Below, in pieces: positions 20,763 to 31,987 of a stretch of 37,564 nucleotides of DNA. Source of the stretch: an uncultured Alistipes sp. (GTDB taxonomy: Bacteria; Bacteroidota; Bacteroidia; Bacteroidales; Rikenellaceae); contig CAJGDL010000001.1 in the NCBI GenBank assembly GCA_904502075.1, positions 1 to 37,564 of the forward strand. Direction: 5' to 3'. The notes beneath the pieces were generated by a model. It made no database searches and was not told the origin of the DNA. It saw only the letters and a list, made by a program, of their open reading frames with translations. The first letter of the stretch is position 1. Each line of letters starts with the position of its first letter. Position numbers and translations under genes: made by a program.

Positions 20763-21170
20763 ATGAACTTTATAATGATCCTGATCGACTCGATCTCCAC
20801 CTTCGTAAGGCGCAATCCGCTGCTCTGCCTGCTGATCCTGATGCTGGCCCTGCTGGCCCCCTCGGTGCTGAAGGGTTTGGCGGCCTTTGTGCTCTACTTC
20901 GTGGTGGGAATCCTCTTCTTCGGCCTGATCATCCTGCTGACCATCCGTTGGCGTTTCCGTCGTCTACAGCGCGAGATGCAGGAGCAGTTCGGTCGCACGG
21001 GAGGAGGTTTCCATGGCCGCAACGAAGGCTACTCCCAACAGCAACGGCCCCACACCACGGCAAACGAGGGCGAGGTAAAGGTCTATGTCACCAACGAGAC
21101 CCCCGAGAAGCGCATTGCCAATGATGTGGGCGACTATGTGGAGTTTGAAGAGACCAAGGAGAAGAGATAA
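20763..21170 (+). CDS. DUF4834-like membrane protein
   Basis: Two N-terminal hydrophobic segments, a Q/G-rich linker and C-terminal VGDYVEFEE. Confidence 0.7.
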   Translation: MNFIMILIDSISTFVRRNPLLCLLILMLALLAPSVLKGLAAFVLYFVVGILFFGLIILLTIRWRFRRLQREMQEQFGRTGGGFHGRNEGYSQQQRPHTTANEGEVKVYVTNETPEKRIANDVGDYVEFEETKEKR

Positions 21171-21176
21171 CCCACT

Positions 21177-21920
21177 ATGTTGAAACTTTTTGAACAGATC
21201 GGCCGCTATGTCCTGCTTATGGGCAAGGTCTTCTCCAAACCCGAGAAGTTGGGCATCTATCGCCGGCGCATCCTCTTCGAGATGGATGCCCTCGGCATGA
21301 ACTCCATCGGCCTTACGGCGATCATCTCGATCTTCATCGGAGCCGTCATCACGCTCCAAATGTCGATCAACCTCGAGTCGCCCTTTATTCCCCAATACCT
21401 GATCGGCTATGCCACGCGAGAGACGATGATCCTGGAGTTTTCGTCTACGGTCGTCGCCCTGATTTTGGCCGGCAAGGTAGGCTCTACAATCGCCTCCGAG
21501 ATCGGCACCATGCGCATCACCGAACAGATTGATGCCCTTGAAATTATGGGTATCAACTCGGCCTCCTACCTCATCCTTCCGAAGGTGGTGGCCACGGTCT
21601 TCTTCTTCCCCTTTCTGACCATCCTCTCCATCCTGATCGGCGTGATCGGCGGCTACATGATCTCCGTCTTCACGGGCATCATGATTCCGGACGACTATGT
21701 GGAGGGACTCTTCTACTGCTTCCGTACCTACTCGATCATCTACTCGCTGATCAAGATGGCCTTCTTCGCCTTCATCATCACCTCGATTTCGGCCTTCTGT
21801 GGCTACTACGCCGCCGGCAACTCGCTCGAGGTGGGCAAGGCCTCGACCCGCGCCGTGGTGATCTCGTCGATCGTCATCATGCTCTTTAACCTCATCCTCA
21901 CCCAAATCCTGCTGATATGA
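21177..21920 (+). CDS. mlaE: MlaE family ABC transporter permease
   Basis: Signature AGKVGSTIASEIGTMRITEQIDALEIMG and VGKASTRAVV. Confidence 0.9.
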   Translation: MLKLFEQIGRYVLLMGKVFSKPEKLGIYRRRILFEMDALGMNSIGLTAIISIFIGAVITLQMSINLESPFIPQYLIGYATRETMILEFSSTVVALILAGKVGSTIASEIGTMRITEQIDALEIMGINSASYLILPKVVATVFFFPFLTILSILIGVIGGYMISVFTGIMIPDDYVEGLFYCFRTYSIIYSLIKMAFFAFIITSISAFCGYYAAGNSLEVGKASTRAVVISSIVIMLFNLILTQILLI

Positions 21921-22672
21921 TCAAAGCCGACCACCTGATCAAGTCCTTCGACGGACGCACCGTCTTAAAAGATGTTTCGACCACCTTCGAGACGGGAAAG
22001 ACGAACCTCATCATCGGAAAGAGCGGCTCGGGAAAGACGGTGCTGTTGAAGAGCCTCGTGGGGCTGCACGAACCCGACTCGGGGAGCGTGTGGTATGACG
22101 ACGTGAACTTTTCGGCCCTGGGCTTCACCGAGCGGAAGGCGATCCGCAAGGATATCGGCATGATCTTCCAGGGGGGAGCCCTGCTGGACTCCTCGACCGT
22201 GGAGGAGAACATCAAACTGCCGCTGGATCTCTTCACCGAGCAGTCGGAGGCCGAAAAGTTGGAGCGCGTAAACTTCTGTCTGAAGCGCGTGAACCTCGAA
22301 AATGCCAACCGCCTCTTCCCCTCGGAACTCTCGGGCGGTATGATCAAACGTGTGGCCATCGCCCGCGCCATCGTACTAAACCCGCGCTACCTCTTCTGCG
22401 ACGAGCCCAACTCGGGACTCGACCCGCAGACCTCGATCGTGATCGACAACCTGATCCACGAGATCACCAAGGAGTATAACATCACCACCATCATCAACAC
22501 CCACGACATGAACTCGGTGATGGAGATTGGCGAGAAAATTGTCTTCATCTACGAAGGCAACAAGTGGTGGGAGGGAACCAAAGAGGAAATTCTGCACGCC
22601 GACAACAAGGAACTCGCCGACTTTGTCTTCGCCTCGGCCATGGCAAAACGAGCCCGCAAAGGGGTACTCTAA
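21917..22672 (+). CDS. mlaF: MlaF-like ABC transporter ATP-binding protein
   Basis: Walker A GKSGSGKT, LSGGMIKRVAIARA and DEPNSGLDP. ATGA overlap with mlaE. Confidence 0.88.
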   Translation: MIKADHLIKSFDGRTVLKDVSTTFETGKTNLIIGKSGSGKTVLLKSLVGLHEPDSGSVWYDDVNFSALGFTERKAIRKDIGMIFQGGALLDSSTVEENIKLPLDLFTEQSEAEKLERVNFCLKRVNLENANRLFPSELSGGMIKRVAIARAIVLNPRYLFCDEPNSGLDPQTSIVIDNLIHEITKEYNITTIINTHDMNSVMEIGEKIVFIYEGNKWWEGTKEEILHADNKELADFVFASAMAKRARKGVL

Positions 22673-22742
22673 GGAGATTTATAAGCGGCAAACAACCCTA
22701 AAAAGAGGGTCGGAAGAGGGGTTCAAATTTAAAAAAACTTAA

Positions 22743-23843
<1,101 letters not shown>

Positions 23844-23848
23844 TCATC

Positions 23849-23963
23849 TGTTGTGATAAGGCCGCACCTGCTGCCTATCCCTTGCGAGCCCCGAATGGAA
23901 CATACGCCAAGTATGCCCCATCCGGGGCTCACTGCACGATAGTTACATCTGCAGCCTTCTGAC
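23849..23963 (-). repeat. GTAC-apex palindromic element, copy 6 (subfamily A), 5 nt after the gap stop
   Basis: Reverse complement of 14851-14965 with 2 mismatches. Confidence 0.95.
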
Positions 23964-23966
23964 GAT

Positions 23967-23991
23967 AAGCCGTCGTTACGATGGCTTTTTT
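23967..23991 (+). terminator. Intrinsic terminator of gap, downstream of the element
   Basis: AAGCCGTCG-TTA-CGATGGCTT followed by a T tract. Confidence 0.75.
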
Positions 23992-23993
23992 AT

Positions 23994-24116
23994 TGGGAGA
24001 TATGGAAGATATAGGAGATGTAGGATCTCTATATTTCTCAAAATTCCTATACCTCCTATACCTCCTATACCTCCTACAATTCCTATAATTCACACAACTC
24101 CCATAGTTCCTATCTT
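23994..24116. repeat. Degenerate 9-bp tandem repeat arrays in inverted arrangement
   Basis: About 3.5 units like TAGGAGATA (23994-24025), then about 10 units like TCCTATACC (24027-24116), three of them perfect at 24045-24071. Confidence 0.85.
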
Positions 24117-24163
24117 GTTTCCTCAAATGGTGAGCCAAGAATAGAACACCTTCCCCTCAACAG

Positions 24164-24288
24164 GGTTGTTGTCAGAAGGTTGCAGTTGCAACACTCGGCA
24201 AAAAAAACGCGGAAGGGTTGTACTTAAAGTACTACCCTTTCGCGAGTTTTTTGTTAGCGGCCGCAAATGCGACCTGATCACAACAACC
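24164..24288 (+). repeat. GTAC-apex palindromic element, copy 7 (divergent subfamily A), abutting the ROK gene stop codon
   Basis: Ends GGTTGTTGTCAGAAGGTTGCAGTTGC / GCAAATGCGACCTGATCACAACAACC. Apex CGCGGAAGGG-TT-GTAC-TTAAA-GTAC-TA-CCCTTTCGCG. Confidence 0.88.
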
Positions 24289-25286
24289 TAAGAATTTTGC
24301 CAAATTAGGGCCGACGCGCCCAAAATAGCCGCATTCTTACCCTGAATACCGCTGGGCAGGAGCTTCACCTTATTCTTAAATACGGCGAGCATATTCTCCT
24401 CCATGTACCACTGCGTGGGCTCGAAGATCAGCTTGCCAGCCTTGGCCAAACCGCCGAAGAGGAAGATCGCCTCAGGCGAGGTTACCGTCACGATGTCGGC
24501 CAGAGCACGACCCAGCATCTCGCCGGTAAAGCGGAAGGCCTCAAGAGCCACCTTGTCGCCCTTGGCAGCGGCAGTCGAGATCATCGAGGCATCGAAGTCG
24601 GCAAAGGCGATATCGCGCAACTCGCTGGGCTCGTTCATCTTGGCCATCAAATCGAAGGCGGTACGCTTGATACCCGTGGCCGAAACATAGGCCTCGAGGC
24701 AACCTTTGCGGCCACAGCCGCACTCACGCCCACCGCGCTCCACGATCACATGGCCGAACTCACCGGCAAAGCCATCGTGGCCGTAGATCATCTCGCCGTT
24801 GGCCACAAAGCCCGAACCGAGACCCGTACCGAGGGTGATCATAATGAAATCCTTCATGCCTTTGGCGTTGCCATAGACCATCTCACCGATGGTGGCTGCG
24901 TTGGCATCGTTGGTCATCAGCACCTCCACCCCGGGGAACTGCTCCTTGATGTCGTTGGCCAGGTGGAAGATACGACGCGACTCGTCGGGGTTCTGCTCCG
25001 TCGAGGGGAATTTCCAAAGATTCGCGGGCTGCTCGATCGTACCGAGGTGGTAGTTGGCATTGGGGGCTCCGATACCGATACCTACGAGCTCGTACTCGAA
25101 CGAAAGGCTATTGGCCATGGCATGCAGAGCCTCGCAAAGATCCTTCACATAAGATTTATAATCCTCGAAGAGGGGATACTTTTTGGTCGAAATAACCGAT
25201 TCGGCATAGAGGTCGCCCTTCTCGTCCACAAGGCCGAAGGCAGTGTTGATTCCTCCGATGTCGATGCCGATTGCAAGTTTTTTCAT
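24288..25286 (-). CDS. ROK family sugar kinase (glucokinase-like)
   Basis: Motifs IGIDIGG, NDANAA, TLGTGLG, GEFGH...CGCGRKGCLE and LFGG. Start placed at MKKLAIG. No HTH domain. Confidence 0.92.
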   Translation of the reverse strand: MKKLAIGIDIGGINTAFGLVDEKGDLYAESVISTKKYPLFEDYKSYVKDLCEALHAMANSLSFEYELVGIGIGAPNANYHLGTIEQPANLWKFPSTEQNPDESRRIFHLANDIKEQFPGVEVLMTNDANAATIGEMVYGNAKGMKDFIMITLGTGLGSGFVANGEMIYGHDGFAGEFGHVIVERGGRECGCGRKGCLEAYVSATGIKRTAFDLMAKMNEPSELRDIAFADFDASMISTAAAKGDKVALEAFRFTGEMLGRALADIVTVTSPEAIFLFGGLAKAGKLIFEPTQWYMEENMLAVFKNKVKLLPSGIQGKNAAILGASALIWQNS

Positions 25287-25444
25287 AGCGTGGTTATTAG
25301 TTGTTATTATTAGGTTTTTATCTGATTTCGGCTTGACGTGTAACATTTTTCTTGTAAATTTCATGTAAAGTTATTACAAATATTCGGTTGAACCAAACTT
25401 TTTTCGTATTTTTGAAAAATATTTGAGCATAAAACCCTAAGACC

Positions 25445-26416
25445 ATGCAAACCAACGACCAATTACTGGCAATTTTCGAGAATTATTTAGCACAGTTGAG
25501 CCTCCCCCAGGAGCCCGAACTGCTCTATAACCCGATCGAATATTCACTTGCCGGAGGGGGCAAACGACTGCGCCCGCTCCTGCTGCTGCTCTCGTGCGAG
25601 GCCTTCTCGGGCAGCCACAAAGCGGCCCTCGATGCCGCGGCCGCCGTGGAGGTTTTCCATAATTTCACCCTCCTGCACGACGACATCATGGACCACTCGC
25701 CCATGCGTCGTGGCAAGCCCTCGGTAGCGGCCCGTTGGGGCGAGAATGTGGCGATCCTCTCGGGAGATGCCATGCTGATTACGGCCTACCGCCTGCTGTG
25801 TGGCACCCCGGCACCGATGCTCAGTCGCGTCATGGAGGTCTTCAATACGATGGCCGTGGGGGTCTGCGAGGGACAGCAGTACGACATGGACTTCGAGACG
25901 CGCCAAAAGGTGAGTGTCGTGGAGTATATGCGCATGATCGAGCTCAAGACCTCGGTGCTGCTGGCCGGCTCGGCGATGATCGGAGCCCTGATCGGAGGTG
26001 CCTCGGAGAGCGACGCCCGCAAACTCTATAAATATGCGATCGAGTTGGGCCTCGCCTTCCAGCTGCAGGATGACCTGCTCGACAGCTACGGCGACGAACG
26101 ACTCGGCAAGCCCATCGGAGGTGATATCTTGGAGGGCAAGAAGACCTTCCTGATGATTACAGCCATGAGCCATGCCTCGGAAGAGGAGCGCGAGGTGTTG
26201 CGCAACACCCACCTCGACCCGACCCTTTCACGCGAAGAGAAGATCGCGCGCGTGCGTGCGGTATATGACAAATTGGAGATTCCCCATCTGACCGAGCAGC
26301 AGATCGCATTACGCTTCGAGCGTGCCCTGGCCCAGCTCACCACCCTCGACCTTCCGGAGGAGCGCACGGCCGGCCTTAGGGAGTTTGCCGAGAGCCTGAT
26401 GGGGAGAAAGAAATAG
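25445..26416 (+). CDS. Polyprenyl diphosphate synthase (IspA/GGPPS family)
   Basis: Motifs GGKRLRP, LLHDDIMD..RRG, GQQYD, KT, FQLQDDLLD and DILEGKKT. Confidence 0.93.
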   Translation: MQTNDQLLAIFENYLAQLSLPQEPELLYNPIEYSLAGGGKRLRPLLLLLSCEAFSGSHKAALDAAAAVEVFHNFTLLHDDIMDHSPMRRGKPSVAARWGENVAILSGDAMLITAYRLLCGTPAPMLSRVMEVFNTMAVGVCEGQQYDMDFETRQKVSVVEYMRMIELKTSVLLAGSAMIGALIGGASESDARKLYKYAIELGLAFQLQDDLLDSYGDERLGKPIGGDILEGKKTFLMITAMSHASEEEREVLRNTHLDPTLSREEKIARVRAVYDKLEIPHLTEQQIALRFERALAQLTTLDLPEERTAGLREFAESLMGRKK

Positions 26417-26421
26417 TTTTC

Positions 26422-26478
26422 AATTCAAGATTCAAAATGAATTGAATCGTGAATCCAAAATCTTGAATTTTGAATTTC
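26422..26478. repeat. Heptamer (AATTCAA-type) inverted repeat patch
   Basis: AATTCAAGATT (26422-26432) / AATCTTGAATT (26459-26469). The same heptamer occurs at 5721-5742 and about 14717-14736. Confidence 0.7.
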
Positions 26479-26489
26479 ATAAACCGGTT

Positions 26490-27734
26490 ATGAAACGCAA
26501 AGAGATAGAGATCATGGCTCCGGTAGGCTCTTACGAGTCGCTCCGAGCAGCCATTGCGGCAGGGGCGGACTCGGTCTATTTCGGGGTCGGAACCTTGAAC
26601 ATGCGCGCCAAGTCGGCCGCCAACTTCACCTTCGAAGATCTCGATGAGATCGTCCGCATCGCCCGAGAGGCGGGGGTAAAGACCTACCTGACGGTCAACA
26701 CGATTGTCTACGAAGAGGAGATCGAGGAGGTACACCGCACGATCGACCGTGCCCGTGAAGCGGGCATCACCGCCATCATTGCCACCGACATGGCCGCCAT
26801 CCTCTACGCCCGTCGCACCGGGGTCGAGGTCCACATCTCCACCCAAAGCAACCTCTCCAACTCGGAGATGGTGAAGTTCTACTCGCAGTGGGCCGACATA
26901 GTGGTTCTGGCCCGAGAGCTTACGTTGGAGCAGATCACCGCCATCTCGCGCAAGATCGAGGAGGAGCAGATCTGTGGCCCCTCGGGCGAATTGGTCAAGA
27001 TCGAGATGTTTGCTCACGGTGCCTTGTGCATGGCCATCTCGGGCAAGTGCTACCTGAGCCTTCACGAATCGGGCTGCTCGGCCAACCGCGGGGCCTGTCG
27101 CCAGGTCTGCCGTCGCAAATACCGCCTTACGAACATCGAGACCGGCGAGGAGCTCGAAACCGATGGTCGCTACCTGCTTTCGCCCAAGGATCTCTGCACG
27201 ATCGACCTGCTGGATCGCTTCATCGGAGCGGGGGTGCGCGTGCTGAAAATCGAGGGCCGAGCCCGCGGTGCGGAGTATGTGAAGCGGGTGGTGGAGTGTT
27301 ACGACGAAGCGTTGCGGGCCCTCGAAGCGGGCACCTACTCGCCGGAGTGGGCCCAGGGGTTGAAGACGCGTCTCGCAGAGGTATTCAACCGAGGCTTTTG
27401 GCAGGGTTATTACGCCGGAAAACCCACGGCCGAACTCTCGGAAAACTACGGTTCGGGAGCCACCCACCGCAAGGTCTATATCGGCAAGGTGACGAACTTC
27501 TACAAGAAGATCTCGGTGGCCGAGGTACTTGTGGAGGCCGCCCCCCTGAAGCAGGGCGAGCGGATCCTTTGGATGGGCGAGACGACGGGTTGCGTGGAGC
27601 AGACGGCCGAGCGCATCCACCTCACCGATTCGCCCGTCGAAGAGGTCAAGCAGGGACAACTCTGCGCCATTCAGTGCTCGGAGTTGATCCGCCGTGGCGA
27701 CAAACTCTACAAATTGGAGCCCATCAACCAATAG
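26490..27734 (+). CDS. Peptidase U32 family protein (Fe-S hydroxylase-type, TrhP/RlhA-like)
   Basis: Motifs EIMAPVG, GADSVYFG, HISTQ, VLAREL, HGALCMAISGKCYLS, NRGACRQVCR and KIEGR. Confidence 0.88.
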   Translation: MKRKEIEIMAPVGSYESLRAAIAAGADSVYFGVGTLNMRAKSAANFTFEDLDEIVRIAREAGVKTYLTVNTIVYEEEIEEVHRTIDRAREAGITAIIATDMAAILYARRTGVEVHISTQSNLSNSEMVKFYSQWADIVVLARELTLEQITAISRKIEEEQICGPSGELVKIEMFAHGALCMAISGKCYLSLHESGCSANRGACRQVCRRKYRLTNIETGEELETDGRYLLSPKDLCTIDLLDRFIGAGVRVLKIEGRARGAEYVKRVVECYDEALRALEAGTYSPEWAQGLKTRLAEVFNRGFWQGYYAGKPTAELSENYGSGATHRKVYIGKVTNFYKKISVAEVLVEAAPLKQGERILWMGETTGCVEQTAERIHLTDSPVEEVKQGQLCAIQCSELIRRGDKLYKLEPINQ

Positions 27735-27790
27735 GCGGCAATTGCCTGGCAATCGGTTAAAAAAAAGAACAAAATAAAAACCTAACAAGC

Positions 27791-29788
27791 ATGAAAAAAC
27801 AACTACTTGCCGCACTGACGGGCGCCGCCGTCCTGCTGAATGTCGGCTGCACGAAGAACAAAAATTTCGAATCCTTTGCCGAGTACCCCGTACCTGCGAA
27901 TCCCTACCAGGAGATGACCTACTCCCCCGAGGCTACAACCTTCACCCTTTGGGCTCCGACGGCCGACGAGGTGCGTCTTTCGCTCTACACGGAGGGGCTT
28001 GGCGGAGAGGCTCAAGAGATCCACAACCTCAAGGAGGGGAAGGCCGGTCTTTGGACCCTCTCGCTCGAGGGCGACAAGCAGGGGCTCTTCTACACCTTTG
28101 CCGTGCGCATCGGGGAGAATTGGATGCCCGAGTGTGCCGGTATTGATGCCAAAGCCGTGGGGGTGAATGGCCAGCGCGGAGCGATCCTCGACCTCGATAC
28201 CACCGATCCCGAGGGTTGGGCCGAGGACAAACGCCCCTCGTTCGAGCGCCTGGCCGATGCGATTCTCTACGAGATGCACCATCGCGACTTTTCGATCCAC
28301 ACCACCTCGGGGGTTGCGAACGGTGGTAAGTTCCTCGCCCTGACCGAAGAGGGCACCAAGAACCCGAAGGGTGAGGCCACGGGCATCGACCACCTCAAGG
28401 AGTTGGGGGTAACCCATGTCCACATCCTGCCCTCCTACGACTACGGCTCGGTGGACGAGACCAACCTCGCCGAAGGGAAGTACAATTGGGGCTACGATCC
28501 CGTGAACTACAATGTACCCGACGGAGGCTACTCGACCAATCCGTTCGATCCCGCCTGCCGCATCCGCGAGTTCAAGCAGATGGTACAGGCCCTGCACAAG
28601 GCCGGCATCCGTGTCGTACTGGATGTGGTCTACAACCACACCTTCTCGATCGACGGCTCGAACTTCGAGCGCACCGTACCGGGCTACTTCTTCCGTCAGC
28701 GGGAGGATGGCAGCTATGCCGATGCCTCGGGCTGCGGCAACGAAACGGCCAGCGACCGCGAAATGATGCGCCGCTACATGGTGGAGTCGGTGAAGTATTG
28801 GATCGAGGAGTACCACCTTGATGGCTTCCGCTTCGACTTGATGGGCATTCACGATGCCGAGACCATGCGCCAAATTCGTGCGGCAGCCGATGCCATCGAC
28901 CCCTCGATTCTGATCTATGGCGAGGGTTGGGCTGCCCAGGCTCCCCAGCTCCCGGCCGAGGAGCTCGCCATGAAGGCCAACATGCAGGCCATCCCGGGTA
29001 TTGCCGCCTTCAGCGATGAGTTGCGCGATGCGCTGCGCGGCCCCTTCCACTCCAACGAGCAAGGTGCCTTCCTGGCCGGCCTGGAGGAGATGGAGGAGTC
29101 GATCAAGTTTGGTATCGCAGGTGCCATTGCCCACCCCGGAGTCGACATGTCGAAGGTGAACTATGTAAAGGAACCCTGGGCCGGAGAGCCTACGCAGATG
29201 ATCTCCTATGTATCGTGCCACGACGACATGTGTCTGGTAGATCGTCTGAAGGCCACCATCCCGGGCATCGACAAGAAGCGTTTGGTGCGCCTCGACAAGT
29301 TGGCCCAGACCGCCGTATTCACCTCGCAGGGCATCCCCTTCATCTTCACCGGTGAGGAGGTGATGCGCGACAAGAAGGGGGTTCACAACAGCTACCAGAG
29401 CCCCGACGAGATCAACGCGATCGACTGGACGCTCAAGAGCGAGAACCGCGATCTGTTCGACTACTACAAGGGGTTGATCGCCTTGCGCAAGGCTCACCCT
29501 GCCTTCCGCCTCGGTAAGGCCGAATTGGTACGCGAGCACCTGGAGTTCCTGCCCGTTGAGGGTTCGAACCTCGTCGCCTTCCGTCTGAAGGAGCATGCCG
29601 GCGGCGACTCCTGGAGCGAGATCATCGTGGTGCTCAATGCCCGCCAAAAGAGTGCCGAGGTGGAGATCCCCGAAGGCAACTACACGGCTGTGTGCTACGA
29701 GGGCAAGATCAACCTCGATGGGCTGAAGCACTTCAGCGGAAAGAGCCTTACGGTTCCTGCCGAGTCGGCTATTATCTTACACAAGTAG
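27791..29788 (+). CDS. pulA: Type I pullulanase (GH13), predicted lipoprotein
   Basis: Signature YNWGYDP, DVVYNH, GFRFDLMG, YGEGW and YVSCHD. Lipobox LNVG-C. Confidence 0.93.
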   Translation: MKKQLLAALTGAAVLLNVGCTKNKNFESFAEYPVPANPYQEMTYSPEATTFTLWAPTADEVRLSLYTEGLGGEAQEIHNLKEGKAGLWTLSLEGDKQGLFYTFAVRIGENWMPECAGIDAKAVGVNGQRGAILDLDTTDPEGWAEDKRPSFERLADAILYEMHHRDFSIHTTSGVANGGKFLALTEEGTKNPKGEATGIDHLKELGVTHVHILPSYDYGSVDETNLAEGKYNWGYDPVNYNVPDGGYSTNPFDPACRIREFKQMVQALHKAGIRVVLDVVYNHTFSIDGSNFERTVPGYFFRQREDGSYADASGCGNETASDREMMRRYMVESVKYWIEEYHLDGFRFDLMGIHDAETMRQIRAAADAIDPSILIYGEGWAAQAPQLPAEELAMKANMQAIPGIAAFSDELRDALRGPFHSNEQGAFLAGLEEMEESIKFGIAGAIAHPGVDMSKVNYVKEPWAGEPTQMISYVSCHDDMCLVDRLKATIPGIDKKRLVRLDKLAQTAVFTSQGIPFIFTGEEVMRDKKGVHNSYQSPDEINAIDWTLKSENRDLFDYYKGLIALRKAHPAFRLGKAELVREHLEFLPVEGSNLVAFRLKEHAGGDSWSEIIVVLNARQKSAEVEIPEGNYTAVCYEGKINLDGLKHFSGKSLTVPAESAIILHK

Positions 29789-29801
29789 CGTAGCGAAGAT
29801 T

Positions 29802-31910
29802 TTGCAACTCGGTGACTCGATAAAATTCATCCCCGGTGTGGGCGAAGTGCGTGCCAGACTCCTGGAGAAGGAGCTTGGCATCCGCACCGCGGAGGATTTG
29901 CTGTGGCACATCCCGTTCCGTTACATCGACCGCACGAAGGTCTATGCAATCAACGAGATCACCGAGGAGCGCGAACTCTCGCTCGTACAGTTCCGCGCCC
30001 GCGTAACGGGGGTAAGCTACGCCGGCGAGGGGCGCAAGAAACGGTTCACGGCCTTTGTGTCGGATCGCACCGGATCGGCCGAGTTGGTTTGGTTTCAAGG
30101 GGTAAAGTGGATCGAGAAGCGGATCGAGGTGGGGCGCGAATACCTCATCTTCGGTCGTCCGTCATTCTACCGCCACGAGCTCTCGATGGTCCATCCCGAG
30201 ATCGAGACCATGGAACAGGCCCTCTCGCGTCGCGCCGAGAGTGGGATGCAGGGAATCTACTCCTCGACCGAGAAACTCTCGGCCACCTTCGGCACAAAAG
30301 GGCTCTACCAATTGCAGAGTACCCTTTGGTCCTTAGTCAAGGATTCGATCCGCGACTACATGCCCGCTTCGGTGCGCGAAAAATATGGGCTGATGTCGCT
30401 CCGCGATGCCCTGCACGACATCCACTTTCCCCCATCGGCCGAGGGGGTGCGCCAAGCACAGTATCGCCTGAAGTTCGACGAGCTGCTGGGCGTACAACTC
30501 GGGGTGCAATCGCGCCGCACGGAGCGTCTGCAGAAGATGGGGGGCTTCCTCTTTCCCAAGGTCGGGGAGCTCTTCAACGAATTTTACCACCACAAACTCC
30601 CCTTTCCACTCACCGGAGCCCAAAAGCGGGTGATCCACGAAATTCGTAAAGACACCGTAACGGGCTACCAGATGAACCGCCTGTTGCAGGGCGATGTGGG
30701 GTCGGGAAAGACCATGGTAGCCCTGATGTCGATGCTTCTGGCCGTGGACAACGGCTTCCAGGCCTGCATGATGGCCCCCACCGAGATCCTGGCCCGTCAA
30801 CACTTTGCTACCTTAAGTCGTATGCTCAAAGAGTTGCCCGTGAAGGTGGCCATCCTAACCGGGGCCTCGAAGGCCAAAGAGCGACGCACAGCCCTCGAGG
30901 GAATTGCCTCGGGTGAGGTGCAGATCCTGGTCGGCACCCACGCCCTCATCGAGGAGAAGGTGCAGTTCGATAACCTCGGTTTTGTGGTGATCGATGAGCA
31001 GCACCGCTTCGGCGTGGAGCAACGCGCTCGCCTTTGGACCAAAAATGCCCGGCCGCCCCACATCTTGGTGATGACCGCCACCCCCATTCCACGCACGCTG
31101 GCCATGACCCTCTACGGCGATCTGGATGTCTCGGTGATCGACGAGTTGCCCCCGGGTCGACAGCCCATCCGCACCTACCACTACACGGATGCCGCCCGCC
31201 TGAAGCTCTTCGGATTCATGCGCGAGCAGATCAAGGCCGGACGGCAGGTTTATGTGGTCTACCCCTTGATTAAGGAGTCCGAAAAGATGGACTACAAAAA
31301 TTTGATGGAGGGCTACGAGGCCATTTCGAGGGATTTTCCCCTGCCCGAATACATCACCGAAGTCTGCCACGGACAGATAAAGCCGCAGGACAAGGAGGCC
31401 TCGATGGATCGTTTCAAACGAGGTGAGGCCCATATTTTGGTCGCCACCTCGGTGATCGAAGTGGGGGTTGATGTCCCCAATGCCACGGTGATGGTGATCG
31501 AGTCAGCCGAGCGTTTCGGCCTCTCGCAGCTGCACCAGCTGCGCGGGCGCGTGGGGCGCGGCGGTGGGCAATCCTACTGCATCTTGATGTCGGGCGAAAA
31601 ACTCTCGCGTGAGTCGCGCGAACGCCTGCGCGCCATGTGCGAGACGACGGACGGCTTCCGCCTGGCGGAACTCGACCTCAAACTGCGCGGAGCGGGCGAC
31701 ATCAATGGCACACAGCAGAGCGGCATGGCCTTTGACCTGAAGGTAGCCAACCCAACGCTCGATGTGCAGATCCTGAGCCGCACGAAGGAGGCGGCCGAAG
31801 AGATTCTACAGCAAGATCCCAACCTCACACGGCCCGAGAACCAAGGGTTGCGCCTGCTGAAGAGTCGCTACTCGGGAGAGTCCCAAATTGATTTTTCGCG
31901 CATCTCCTGA
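29802..31910 (+). CDS. recG: ATP-dependent DNA helicase RecG (TTG start)
   Basis: Motifs RLLQGDVGSGKT, IDEQHRFGV, MTATPIPRT, QLHQLRGRVGRG and DGFRLAELDLKLRG. Confidence 0.96.
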   Translation: MQLGDSIKFIPGVGEVRARLLEKELGIRTAEDLLWHIPFRYIDRTKVYAINEITEERELSLVQFRARVTGVSYAGEGRKKRFTAFVSDRTGSAELVWFQGVKWIEKRIEVGREYLIFGRPSFYRHELSMVHPEIETMEQALSRRAESGMQGIYSSTEKLSATFGTKGLYQLQSTLWSLVKDSIRDYMPASVREKYGLMSLRDALHDIHFPPSAEGVRQAQYRLKFDELLGVQLGVQSRRTERLQKMGGFLFPKVGELFNEFYHHKLPFPLTGAQKRVIHEIRKDTVTGYQMNRLLQGDVGSGKTMVALMSMLLAVDNGFQACMMAPTEILARQHFATLSRMLKELPVKVAILTGASKAKERRTALEGIASGEVQILVGTHALIEEKVQFDNLGFVVIDEQHRFGVEQRARLWTKNARPPHILVMTATPIPRTLAMTLYGDLDVSVIDELPPGRQPIRTYHYTDAARLKLFGFMREQIKAGRQVYVVYPLIKESEKMDYKNLMEGYEAISRDFPLPEYITEVCHGQIKPQDKEASMDRFKRGEAHILVATSVIEVGVDVPNATVMVIESAERFGLSQLHQLRGRVGRGGGQSYCILMSGEKLSRESRERLRAMCETTDGFRLAELDLKLRGAGDINGTQQSGMAFDLKVANPTLDVQILSRTKEAAEEILQQDPNLTRPENQGLRLLKSRYSGESQIDFSRIS

Positions 31911-31987
31911 TCCATTGCACATACGGAACGAAGGAGAAAAACCGTTTATTAACCAAAACAACCCACTAACACGAAAAACTTCGAGCC

